Positions 1 to 12,700 of a stretch of 64,000 nucleotides of DNA are shown piece after piece; position 1 is the first letter of the stretch, and each line of letters starts with the position of its first letter. The position numbers and the translations under genes are program-made. The stretch covers positions 1 to 64,000 of the forward strand of contig NOWV01000134.1 in assembly GCA_003344405.1 (NCBI GenBank), read 5' to 3'. The notes under the pieces were generated by a model that made no database searches, was not told where the DNA came from, and saw nothing but the letters and a program-made list of their open reading frames with translations. The DNA is from Trichoplax sp. H2. Its lineage: Eukaryota.

Positions 1-40
1 TTACACTAAAATTATTTGTATTTTTGTACACTGCAATAGC

Positions 41-595
41 CTGGGATTTGCATCATATTTACTGGCTACAAATCCAGATGCACAAAAGAAATTAAGAGAT
101 GAAATTGATTCACTCTGTCCTGATGCAAATTCAATCGACTACGATACTCTATTCAGCTTACCTTACTTAGATATGGTCATTTCCGAAACATTACGAATGT
201 ATCCTCCAGCTTATTTTGTTAACCGTGAAGCTAAAGAAGATATCACGATTAATGGTCTTCTTATTCCTAAAGATATTATGGTCTGCTTCCCAATCTACGG
301 TATTCATCATAATCCAGAATTATGGCCTAAGCCTAATGAATTTATACCAGAACGCTTTTCACCTGAAGAAAAAGCTAAACAGATACCGTGTAGCTATCTA
401 CCATTTGGAGGAGGTCCACGTAACTGTGTAGGGATGCGATTAGCTTTGCTCGAAGCAAAGTTAGCCTTGGTTAAGATTATACAAAATTTCGAATTGAAAA
501 CAGTAGCCGAGACGGAAATACCACTAAAGCTACGAAGTGGAACTACTCTATCTCCGCTTAACGGAGTATACGTCGGTCTAACCCGAAGAAATTAG
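41..595 (+). pseudogene. 3'-partial cytochrome P450 copy (end of I-helix to C-terminus), near-identical to the 3' end of the P450 at 3309-4814
   Basis: The frame reads LGFASYLLATNPDAQKKLRDEI...ETLR...PERF...FGGGPRNCVG...TRRN* and matches 4260-4814 almost base for base. Upstream of position 41 the similarity stops, and the sequence resembles this fragment's own 3' flank (653-685). It lies at the window edge, so a spliced upstream exon (AATAG at 35-39) cannot be excluded. Confidence 0.65.
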
Positions 596-2567
596 AGTTA
601 CAGTACTGTCCATATCAATTATAATGATTAAAAATAGTGAATAGAATTATGTTAAAATTATTTGTATTTTTGTGCACAGCAATAACAATCACGTAAAGGG
701 TGATCCTTTTTACTCCATAGTTAAGTACATATGTCATCAGAATATTTATCCTAAGAAACTATTAGCGGTTCTTATTTTAAAGTGCTGCTGTACAAATATA
801 TTAACTACTTTATTTGACCTTTAATAAGAATAATTATACATCCATATAGGTAGCCTTACTTCGAAATTGCTCGTTAAATATTTTAAATTTGATAGATAGA
901 GTATTTTTTATGAAATATACTGTATTTATGCGAACCTAGAATATGATTACTGAGCAGAAATATCATAGTAAGGTTTTATCATAGTAATTATTAAATGTTA
1001 TCGTAATTAATATACATATAAATTAGGCAGAATAATAGCGTAATATCACTATTTATTTTGTAGCCTTAAGGAAGTTACAGCTAATATCCTCTAATCATTT
1101 TAATAAAGGCAAACTAGTTTATCGCTAACTTCATTATCAAGATTTTTGCAAATATACGATTGCATCCCAAATCGATGCTAATTGAAGATAGCCTGCTACA
1201 TAATCATATCTTCTTTACAATGTATCAAGTATGTATTTCATATGGAAGCTGACAAAATAGTTAGAATACATAAAAATCAAATATGATTATTGTAGGTCTC
1301 TTCATTATTACAAATTACTATATAGAGCCATCACAGTCTATTACATATTACATCAGCGCTGAATTTTGAATATTAACTCCCAATTACTTAACACGGCTAC
1401 AGTTTGTTTAGTTTGTGGTTACTCTTTCATACAGCCTCTGAATAAGCGAGCTTTACTTAGATTCGTGGTATCCAATAATGCAATAAATTTAACATTCTAG
1501 CATAACCAATTTGATCTAAAAACGAAAGCCATAAATATCAACTTTATTTTTAAGCCATGCAGATTTGGCATACCTGTAATTGGACGTGGGTAAATATTCA
1601 CTGTTTTAAAGAAATCCTCTTTAAGATCATTACATTTTCTCTTTGTACTCAAAGTTAATATTATGGAGGCGGCATTCAAGTGTTGAGATATTACGAAAAT
1701 ACGTGCAATTAATACAGCGCCCATAAGTTCATTAAAGCTTGAATGAAGAATTACTAGAAAGGCAATTTCTTCTATAAATTCGTACACTGTCATACACAAT
1801 CATATAATACATATATTCTTAAATCGTATACTCCTAAAATAAATACATAAATTTACCAATTACGTCTCAGTGCGGTCACTGCATATTGATTAATTATAGT
1901 TAATTACGTTACCTCATTACTGCTGATGTAAAAGCTGATATAGCACGATCTTAAATTTTATACGATTATAGCTCGTAGTTTCTAAAGGAATTTATACGCA
2001 TACGGTAACGATAACAGACCGAATATTGCAATCTGATATTGCACTATGACACCAGAAGTTTCTAAAATTTTGCATTGAGTACTGGGCATTCTAAAATACA
2101 GGTATATAGTTAAAGGGCTGATACTTACGTAAGACGTAAACTAATGTTTACTCATACAGCATAGAATTTTTTATTTACACGCATTAATCGAACTTCTTCA
2201 AGATATGCCAGGAAACTACGATGCAATACTAATTTTTGCTTCAGTTGCAAGGTGACTACTGCTTATAGTCCATTAAAAGGTTAAGAAATAAATGAAAATA
2301 GCTGATTTAATACAAGATATAATTAGTTATTCATGCATTTACGAATATATATTAATCAGCCACTGACAAGCGGAAATCAAAACAGTTTCAGGTTTTATCC
2401 AGTATACAAGGGAATTTTACTACATGGTAAAAGACCATAGTCTCTATACTAACATATGTGCTCAAACACTAGTGGTAGGTTTGTCGCCTGCCTACTGTAT
2501 TTCGGAAGTTGCCTAATGATTTTCGTTACTATAAAAATGGTCTTAACTAGCTCTGATTAATCTAGTG

Positions 2568-3014
2568 TAGTCGCAAATTAGAAATGTAAAGAGGATCAAT
2601 AGCTTCAAAATTCGCTCAGGCTGCAGTATATGATGGTTCTTTGTGGTTGTTTACACTGTCTAGTAGCAAATATATCATCTAGACCTTGTATCGAACTCCA
2701 TCTTAATTTCCATTCTATCTCACCCAAATTGATGTGCGTACTCGTATACTAGTAACAGTTTTATAGACTGCCGATTTGAGGCGTTGTGTAATGATTCTTT
2801 ATTCCTGTAAAAGTCATCTTTATTAGCACTTAGTATTCTATTCTAGTCACAACTTAGAAAGTACAGCAGATCGATAACTTCAAAATTTGCTTAGTCTGCA
2901 GTGTATTATAATACTTTGTAGGTAGCCTACACTGTCTAGCAGCAGATACAGTACATCATCTACACATTGTCTTGAACTCTATCTTAATTTCCATTCCATC
3001 CCGCCCAAAGTGAT
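2568..3014. repeat. Diverged direct repeat, 2 x ~165 bp (about 2568-2733 and 2844-3014), upstream of the P450
   Basis: Both copies share the blocks tagtc(g/a)caa.ttagaaa, cttcaaaatt.gct.ag.ctgcagt, tacactgtctag.agca and atcttaatttccatt...cccaaa.tgat. Confidence 0.8.
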
Positions 3015-3308
3015 TTCTATTGGACTACTCTTTAAACAAATAGTAAATGCTTTTGTGATAGCTCTATACTTGCACCAGGGCGCGGTCCGATCGAAGAAGT
3101 GGTTATATTTAATTATTAAATGTCACGCTTCGGATACAAGACTAGAATTACGTCATAATTTAGCTCTGCATAAAACGAGATTACCCTATTCTTCATTTGC
3201 TGACGATCAGTAACAAGTTATCAGCTTGAGCTTCTGAGTTATTAATCACTATATTTACGAGCTTTTGTATATATCTTTACTGTATTTCGCTGCGAGATAG
3301 AAATAAAC

Positions 3309-4814
3309 ATGATAAAAATTTTCGACTTTTTGTGGCTGCCACAGCTATCTATTCAAAGCTTCCTCTTTGCAAGCTTTCTTGGCCTGATTACCATTACATT
3401 ATACCGTAATTTTATTGTCCCCTATCGCAAGCTGAGCAAATTAGGAATTAATGTTTCACCACCTATGCCTTTATTAGGCAATATGCTGGATTATGGTTCC
3501 ACTAATCGACATATTGCTCAAGTAAAGAGACAAGAATTATATGGCAATGTCTGCGGAACATTATTCTTTCACATACCTAATCTGTGGGTTGGTGATCCCG
3601 AAATGTTAAAGATAATAACAGTCAAGGAATTTTCTAATTTTGCTAATCGATTTTCTTTGACTAAACCGCGTCCCCCTTTTGATAAAACAGTGGTACAATT
3701 GAAGGATCAAGATTGGAAACGTGTAAGAACAATTCTTATACCCACCTTTAGTACTTCAAAATTGAAAGGAATCATGCCACTTATTACCGACGCCGGCGAC
3801 AATCTCATCAAGACGATGTCAAAAGCTGAAGAAGAAGGAAGAGCAATCGATATGTGGCGTACTTGTGGTGTATATACAATGAAAGTTATCCTAGCCACGG
3901 TATTCGGTATCGATTTTGAATCAAAAGAGCAAGAAAAGAAATTAACTGAATCAGCTGCTAGGTTATTTCGTAATACTAATGGCGTTATACAATTCTTTTC
4001 TATATTTCTTACCCCACTATTTCGCATGGTCGAGCCTCTACTTGGTGGTAACTTAGTCAAGTCGACCATATACTTAGCTAAGACAGCAGAAAATGTCTTG
4101 AGAGAAAGAAGAAGAAATTTAAAAAATGGTATCCCTTGCCGAAGAGATATTCTACAACAAATGATTGAAGCTGGTGATGGCGACAAGCTCACTGACGAAG
4201 AAATTATTGCTCAAGCATTTATCTTTCTGATCGCTGGTTATGATACTACTGCTAATACACTGGGATTTGCATCATACTCACTGGCTACAAATCCAGACGT
4301 GCAAAAGAAATTAAGAGATGAAATTGATTCACTCTGTCCTGATGCAAATTCAATCGACTACGATACTCTATTCAGCTTACCTTACTTAGATATGGTCATT
4401 TCCGAAACATTACGAATGTACCCTCCAGCTTATTTTGTTAACCGTGAAGCTAAAGAAGATATCACGATTAATGGTCTTCTTATTCCTAAAGATATTATGG
4501 TCTGCTTCCCAATCTACGGTATTCATCATAATCCAGAATTATGGCCTAAGCCTAATGAATTTATACCAGAACGCTTTTCACCTGAAGAAAAAGCTAAACA
4601 GATACCGTGTAGCTATCTACCATTTGGAGGAGGTCCACGTAACTGTGTAGGGATGCGATTAGCTTTGCTCGAAGCAAAGTTAGCCTTGGTTAAGATTATA
4701 CAAAATTTCGAATTGAAAACAGTAGCCGAGACGGAAATACCACTAAAGCTACGAAGTGGAACTACTCTATCTCCGCTTAACGGAGCATACGTCGGTCTAA
4801 CCCGAAGATATTAA
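3309..4814 (+). CDS. Cytochrome P450, microsomal, clan 3 (CYP3A/CYP5-like), single coding exon, 501 aa
   Basis: N-terminal transmembrane anchor and proline hinge (PPMPLLGN), C-helix WKRVR, I-helix AGYDTT, K-helix ETLR, PERF, and heme motif FGGGPRNCVG. Confidence 0.97.
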   Translation: MIKIFDFLWLPQLSIQSFLFASFLGLITITLYRNFIVPYRKLSKLGINVSPPMPLLGNMLDYGSTNRHIAQVKRQELYGNVCGTLFFHIPNLWVGDPEMLKIITVKEFSNFANRFSLTKPRPPFDKTVVQLKDQDWKRVRTILIPTFSTSKLKGIMPLITDAGDNLIKTMSKAEEEGRAIDMWRTCGVYTMKVILATVFGIDFESKEQEKKLTESAARLFRNTNGVIQFFSIFLTPLFRMVEPLLGGNLVKSTIYLAKTAENVLRERRRNLKNGIPCRRDILQQMIEAGDGDKLTDEEIIAQAFIFLIAGYDTTANTLGFASYSLATNPDVQKKLRDEIDSLCPDANSIDYDTLFSLPYLDMVISETLRMYPPAYFVNREAKEDITINGLLIPKDIMVCFPIYGIHHNPELWPKPNEFIPERFSPEEKAKQIPCSYLPFGGGPRNCVGMRLALLEAKLALVKIIQNFELKTVAETEIPLKLRSGTTLSPLNGAYVGLTRRY

Positions 4815-7800
4815 AGTGACAGTACTAACCGTATTAATAAATCGATCAATAGTGCACATACATGTAACATAATGCTTCTACAGAAATAACTTGATATATG
4901 TTTGAATATGATCTAATGTTCATGAGCAAACAGTATGTGCATTGCTAGATTCTAGAAATTATGGATATTGGGCTACGATTTTTATCTTTACCGTTTCATT
5001 ATTGCCATCTCATTAATAGTTGTAACCACAATTACAGTATTATGGACATACTGTAAGCTAAGAAGAGTAGTATAGTAAGAATGTGGCTTAAAATACTTAT
5101 GATTAAGCCTTTCAATCTTTCTAATAAAGCTAAACCAGGTCATTAACAAATGCATTAATCATAATTATATTATTAGTACTTACTACAACCTGGGATAATG
5201 TCCTTAATCGGTAGTAACTGGTAGCACAGGTAGAGTAACCAGCACCTTTATACTCGTATATCTGGTAATGCATGTTATATGAGATCTAACAAATTAGCAC
5301 CAATACATACAAGAAAATCGAATGGCCCTTCAGTATAGCATCGCACGCAATTTAGAGTTTGTAATGTTATTACCCAATCATAATAGCATAGATGCCCATT
5401 ATGAATTTCGAGTATCAGTTTTAATTTGCGTTAGATAATAAATTTTACTTGGTCTTTTCGTACGCACTACTCATACCTATGGTTTACGAACTTTTATTAA
5501 ATTCCTACTAGCTTGTACAATGTAAATATGATACCTTTAGCCTTAGGGTTAGCATCCATTCATAGTAAATTAAATTTTACGATGAAAACCCTTAACCTTA
5601 ATATTATTTTAAGTCGTCTATATTTGCCATAAAAATGAATAGGTATTGCATTGATATAATATCGTTGAAGGATATTTTATTATTTGAAACACTTAGGCCT
5701 ATCTTAGTCTATATTTAGCTTAATCTCTTAATGTAATGTAATCTCGGTTGCAATTATGTTTAAGCCAAGATAGATAATTCTTATATTATTTAATATAATT
5801 TTTTTATATAAATTTGACAAGAGAAACATTTATCAACAATTTGTTAGGTCTTCTCTATCTTATATCGTACCAGGCTATAAGGATTACTACCTAAAAAAAC
5901 ACCTACATGATTACTCATAGCTTATATAAAGCGCGGATTTCAAGAAAGAGGCCATCAAACACCTTTCGAGTGGCATATTACTTTTGTACGAGTATATCGT
6001 AAATATGCGATTTGTCTATGGTAGATGATATGACATAATTATACGATTGCAATATAGTAAACGTTGGACTGTGTAATGATTTAGATACATTTTTGCCAGT
6101 ATTAGTTAAAGTTTCTCTCATTTTCACATTATAAAATTTTGATAACAACTTCATACGACATAGCTATTTACTTACAGCTTAAGTACTTACATACAGCATC
6201 ATCTTATTAAGGAGAAAACATATTTTGAAACGAATCGTAAAAGAGAGGCTATGATATTGAATAGGCTATTATTCATTGTTAGATGTTATGCTGCTCTTGT
6301 TGAATGCAAAAACTTTATTTTCAAAGTTCAATTTCATTGTTATCCAATCTTTTATTTTATAACAAATCTACTAATTTATATTACATTATTTGCGAAATTA
6401 AAATAATATTAAGAAACAGTAAGATAATTAACTATTATCTTTGAATTATTAATTAATCGAAAACTTTAATCAGACTTATTGATAAGCTGTACTAACATGA
6501 ATTTATTAACGCACAATTCTTTGTTTGAAGAAAACATGAAGTCAGATTAGAGGAGAAAAACGAAGATAGCATGCTGTTTTGATTCCTACTTTACTGATGA
6601 TAGCTCAATGTAGGCAAAAATACACCATGCTTGGCTCTTACAAGTACTTTTAAAGTAGTCAATAGAATCATAGTTTATAAGAATCGATAAATTCTGTTAC
6701 AGAGCCAAAAGTTGTCCAAAGATATAAAGCAGGAGTTAAACTTGTTCCAACACACATCTTTTATAATATTTTGTTGAAACAAAGCTTTACAAAAGGATAT
6801 TTTTGTCTTTTAATATTAATAAATTCTTCCTTAGATCCATATCAAGTAAAATCTGTACAGCAGTAGGCTAGAGATTTAGAAAGCTTCTTTTCTTTGCGAT
6901 AAATGGTCCTACTCAAGGTATGTCTAGTAGAAGTAAAATATATTATGGTAAAATTGGAGGTCATAGAGACAATCTGTGGCACTCTTAAAGACTAGAAATA
7001 ACTTAATCAGGTCCCCATATATACTGTTAAAAACCGCCTTTTAAGGCCACTAAAAAGTCAACTGAAAAAATTCGTTTTTTACACAATCATTCAGGTAACA
7101 ATTTTTTAATTTAGTATCACATAGTAATCGTTAATTACTGGTTATTAACCATAAATTAGTTATTAAGGACGAAAAACGAAGGTTTCATAATCTAAATATT
7201 AACAAACTTCACAGCACAAGAGACTGGATTATAGCGAAGTAAAGTTACTTTCAAGTAGTAATTTAATTTCGTTGCGCGTGTGATCAGTGCTCTGCTAAGA
7301 CCTCTTTAATCAGACATTCTACTGTTTTTTCTTCTCCTCTGTTTCCTTATCATCCTCGAGTTATGACAACTTTGACAGACTCGCATGCTTAGCTAGGCGA
7401 TTTATGGATCTCACAGTATCACAGTAGTAGCGATAAATTTTTATAATTCCGTTAGAATTGACTACAAAACCGAATATATTGATATTAAAATGAAACTACT
7501 CGTACTAAAGTATTACAGAGAGTTTGAGTTTAAAATAATTATTCTAGTATGTCTATCATCATCTACAATTAGCTTCAGTTTTAAACACTTACGGTAGTAC
7601 TACGATAATAAGATTATTTTGTAAAGTAATTGAGAATTCATACACAACTAAGTCAGAAAGTTCACAGAATGAGATTTTAGCACAATCCTATTTGCCTAAT
7701 AAATTATATAGCATACGCGTACATCTCTGGAAACCTACGCATGCACATGTAAAGAATTATAGTGATTTTCTTAATTTACTTACAAAAGTTAATCAACACC

Positions 7801-8113
7801 TACAAAGTTTCATACAAGCGGTAACTTACACCCAGTTACTGGTTAGTCTAGCAGTTGAAATATAATTGATTGCAGACAAAAGTTTCCGTTTACCGTGATG
7901 TAGTGGACAGATATAATTCTGTATGTGTCACGCAAGTGAAAAATTAACATTTCTAGGTAATGTTTATGCGTATATGACATAATTTCTTAATAATCTAAGA
8001 TCCAAGCAACATATCACAACATTTATTTTAGCATAACGTATTAGATTAAATGTAGAATCTTGCATAACTTTTCTGGTCTTGAATATAGGATTGTTTCCGA
8101 AGATTAAGTAAGC

Positions 8114-8974
8114 ATGGAAAACGCCAGTAGGGAACAAAATTCTCAGCCTATTGGAAAGAAGGAGCATTCCGTCATAAATGGCAGCATTAAACGCTCAAAA
8201 ATTACGTATCACCCAATCACTACGGCACTTTTAACAGTTTATGGATTTCTGAAATTGATTTATTTACGTTTTGGTGGAATGCTTTTCTATCCAAGTGATT
8301 ATTTTGAAGCAGCCAATTTTGTGGATGGTCTTTTTGATACAGCTGGCCATCGAAACGAGATATCAAATTGGAATGTACTGAAAAGAAATTTATTTAATAC
8401 CCAAGCTCTAGTAGCTATAGCTCAAGAAAGATATCATGTGGTAGGCTATCCATACGTTGGAAATGACGCTCCAGTTGGTAAACTCTACACCTTAAAAGGT
8501 GAGCTAACTAATTTAGCAACCATTTTCCAGCAATCTTCACATTCTGTCCATGTACTGAACTTTGGATCATATAGCTGACCTCCATTTCGACAGAGTATCG
8601 ATCGATATATCCAATTGGTCAATCGTTACAGCGCAAATGCTTCTTTCTTAACCATTTATATTGCTGAAGCTCATGCATCAGATGATTGGAATATGCCTGA
8701 TCTGAATAGTGCATTGGGTATAAATATAGCAAAGCCAAAGACTTTAGAGGATAGAATTCGCATTGCTGAAAATTTTATTCTGGATTATAATTACGATATA
8801 CCAATGTACGTCGATTCCATCGATAACGATACTATGGAAGCTTACGGTGCAAGACCTGAAAGGTTGTACATTATAGTCAATGGAAAAATTGCCTATAAAG
8901 GTGGGCCTGGTCCATACTGTTTCAGCTATAGCTCTCTGGAAGAATCGTTACTAAAAGTTTTAAAGCAGCTTTAA
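8114..8974 (+). CDS. DIO: Iodothyronine deiodinase-family selenoprotein, 286 aa, Sec encoded by TGA 8576-8578
   Basis: ORFs 8114-8578 and 8615-8974 are in the same frame. Reading through the TGA gives VLNFGSYS-U-PPF, compared with vertebrate NFGSCT-U-PPF. It is followed by FLTIYIAEAHASDDW, TLEDR and YGARPERLYII..KIAYKGGPGP. There is a hydrophobic N-terminal segment and a downstream SECIS. The start codon is less certain than the domain. Confidence 0.95.
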
Positions 8975-9658
8975 GTAAAAGCTAATCAATTACTTAAAAC
9001 TGCTGCACTATCAAACTATGAGCATGAAAAAATATCGAGAGCTACATAATATATGTAAACGGCGAGATTGATTCTGATTCAATATTGGTTAGATTAATTT
9101 AAGAACTGTCGATATCAGCAGTTGCCGCTTAAACGTAAAAAAATGGCTCTATATGATAGGAGGTTGATTAGTTATTCATTGTTTAAAAGCTAGCCTAGTT
9201 AGGACTTCAAAATTAGTGGCTTGGACTAGAATTTTTTCTACATCTAGAATACCTAAATACTTGATTATTAAATGCTTAGATATGCCAAAAGAATTTCTGT
9301 AACGGTTAAATTTTGCATATCTATAGTGGCTCTGATCAAATAGTATTTGTATTTTATTGTAACACTAAACTCTAAATAAGGGATACACTAATTTTTACAT
9401 GTTGGAAGAAGTCCATTTCTGACATGTTCATTTATGCATCCCTGAAAACGATAACGCAAGTAATTTAGATGTTAGCGTCCATCTGAGAGCATAGTCGACT
9501 ATCTTACACCTTTAACATGATATCAGATTAGAAGCTTGATATAATCTAAGATCTTGATAGTATAGTACTTTACTTATATTAAGATTGTAGTTGTAATCTA
9601 GTAGTAAAATTTATAATTCAATCAAATGCAAATGCTTCTGCTAGAATATATACATAGG

Positions 9659-9748
9659 CATGTTCTTGTTTCTAATTAATGATGCTGTTATGCTTCAATC
9701 TGTTCTGAAATGCAGAGAGCAACAGCTGATGCAGTAAATAAGGGCATG
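9659..9748 (+). promoter_or_regulatory. Eukaryotic SECIS element (type II) in the deiodinase 3' UTR
   Basis: Helix I: CATGTTCTTGTTT (9659-9671) pairs with AAATAAGGGCATG (9736-9748). Core: A-TGAT (9679-9683) with TGAT (9727-9730). Helix II: GCTGTT/AACAGC plus GCTT/GAGC. Unpaired AA at 9697-9698 and mini-stem TCTG/CAGA. AATAAA signals follow at 9826 and 9917. Confidence 0.9.
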
Positions 9749-12700
9749 TAGGTATATTTTCTAGCAAATTTTTGTCACCATACGATATTGCTTTTGAGAA
9801 ATGCATCATTTCTAATTGTTATGGCAATAAATACTGATAATCACTGGTACATATTTTAACCCAATTTTTATACCCAATTTACTCTAAACTGGAATTATAC
9901 AGTAAACTTTAATGAAAATAAAGGCTTTCATGGCTTTAAATCTATTTCGGAAATAATTAAATGAAAGTATCCATTTCTGCTCCAGCCCATCCTGCTCGTC
10001 ATGTGAGAACCTCGTATTTCGTTATTATACACGTAAGTGATTTCACCACTTGACATTGCTCTTTAATATCCTATTTCGGCAGCTATGACCAAGAATCACT
10101 AAACTCAACCTATAGATGCTGTAAAGAGTTCTCGATTTAGGGAATTAGTAACCCACGGATAAACTACAACCAGAAGGCATTATCATAAGTTGCTGCAACC
10201 ACGCAAATACTAGTGGCTAAATAAGCACTGGGAAAAGCCGCTAAACGATTGATTATTTGTACATTCTAAACAGCGCAATCATCCTTACGTATAGCATACT
10301 GTATGACGATATTTAACGCTAATCTTACATTTACAGAACAACGATTCATCGAAATCTTAACACTATATAATCGTATGTATCGTTGTTCTAAACATACGGA
10401 GGTGTAAATACCGTAAATAGGAAGTAAATGAGTATCGTGTAAGTGAATCATTATTTTAATATGCGGAAATTGTGAATAAACGAGAAAGAAGCGATCCTTT
10501 CATGATATATTGAAATCCAATATAGTAATGTGGCAATGTAGATCTTCATACCTTGCAAAACTGTACGAAAAGTTAGCTTAGAATTAATTATTCCGTAGTT
10601 ACTGTAAATGCTAGCTATAATTTCTGACAGTCCTTACTGTATTTGGCATGTATGAAAGCAATTTTATTGAACTACTGTTGTTACTGTAAGCATCAAAGTA
10701 TTGTCCAACTTATTGCTATATAAAGAGTATACGTCTTCTATACCCTATCTTTAAATGCTAATCTAAATAATACCATGTTAGGCTACCGTGCTGTATCTAA
10801 ATATGGCGGTAGTATCTCGTATCGTATAAATTATTAAGTATAAATACACATGTAGATATAGATAGATGTCCAATCAGTTATGCCGTTAATACGCAGCTAC
10901 ATATTGACTTGATTATATGTAGATATTAAAAACTTAATTCACTATAAGCCAATGCATCTGTCAATAAGTAAGTTATCGAGCTTGGCTTGTCCAAGTCAAA
11001 TCGTTCCATAATCAATAGCCAAGTCATATCTTATGATTTTTTGATTCTGTCATTCAAAACTTTTATTGAAAAGGAGAACCTTTGACCTTATAATTTTTCT
11101 GGCAGCTGATTATATTTTTATTGATATAAAATATCAATTTCATTTTCTTGCATCCATAATTGCTTTTCGGTTAATATAATTGTCTGGTTATATTACGACA
11201 TTATGTTACATTCTGTGATATAGTCTCAATATAAGATACGACAAATTATCATTTCCTGGCCATCAATAGAGGCGAATTTATTCTACGATCTTACAGATGC
11301 TTGTTGATGTAATCGCGATTGTAAATGTAGAGAATTTTATTAGGTAACAGAAGTAGAGATAGAGAAGTACTACAATACTCTAAATTAAAATCCTTATAAT
11401 GTAGTTTAGGAAAGAATTTCTTCATTCTATCTAGAATAGCTGGTTTAACAACAATATGATTAGCAGACAAGTGGAAATAATTAATTTCGTAATAGCCGAT
11501 GCTACAGCAGTAAAAAAAATTAATGCAAACATTTCTGAAAAAACTACACGAAGCTAGTAGATAAAAATTTTCGACATATGTGTATTGTTATCCCATCTAA
11601 TAGCATTACATAATTTCTGTCATTGACATATTTTACCTCTTTCTTTAAGTACTGTATTAATTTATCTATCGGGTACTTATTTTGCTTTCATATAGACATT
11701 AACTTGATAATACAAAATGGACGTAACTATGAGAATATAATAACAGTTAGAAGACACACAGTATTTTGTATACAGCATTTTGTTATCCACTAATCACTAC
11801 TTTACCTTATAACATCTCGTTGTTGTTAGAATTGCTAATTGAAGCTCGTTATGCTAGCTAAAACACTCGTGAGGTAACCCTAGGTATACTGATTCAACTT
11901 CTATAGAGCAGAAAGCAAAATGCAAATCATCAGGAAATCATGTATGTGTAGCAAGCTGCTGGCTGGAGAACCTCAGTACAAGTTCAGTAAAGCATTACGT
12001 AACGTTCTGTTGGGGTAGAAGTTTAACATTTTCAATTTTTATGGTACTGCAATAATATTTACTCTCCAAACTGTGACCTCCTACCATATGAGTATAGTTA
12101 TTAACCTTTCGATACATAAACCTGAGAATATGAGAAAGTGTAAATAAAACTAGAATTCAAGTCCTAGGCAATGTCAACAAATAGCTACATTGCTACCGGT
12201 AACTACCTAACAATAATAAAAGCCCGGAACCTTGGCTATATCGGCCTATATGGCTAACCTGATGAGTTTTCATTCAGGGCCCATATAAATAATTAATACC
12301 AATTTTATGCAAAATATCTACGACAAGTACGAAGGCAACATTAACTGCCTATAAATGATTACGTGATCCAATACGTAATAAATCGGACTCTGATGACTTG
12401 ATATGAGATGGTTATCGGGATAAAAAATCTCTTTGGGTTAGAAAGTTTATTCGCGTAATGCTACGAAACTAGAATTTATTAATCTAAGTTATGTTAACTA
12501 AACGGAGCCATGTTAAATGTCAGCTTCCTAGTTCTAGAATGTTGACCATACCTAAAATAAGCTGCCGTCAATAAAATCTTGCCTCAGACTTTAAGAGGAT
12601 TAAAAATATCAGCGACAGATGATGAAAGGCGGAAAATACAACATTAGACATCGTCTACTTTATCATTACGACGCAGATTAATGAGTAAAGGCCTTGGTCG

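Noticed and set aside
3707-4192. Minus-strand ORFs overlapping P450 and ligase genes (also 17107-17484, 47248-48064, 57148-57891, 61136-61655)
   Set aside because: They are antisense shadows of real coding sequence with no independent motifs.
8576-8578. TGA as a pseudogenising nonsense mutation
   Set aside because: It is at the known Sec position, the downstream domain is intact, and a SECIS is present.
12255-12400. CTGATGA motifs resembling a hammerhead ribozyme core
   Set aside because: No correctly placed GAAA or three-stem junction follows. The first motif is just a small hairpin (cctgatgagttttcattcagg).
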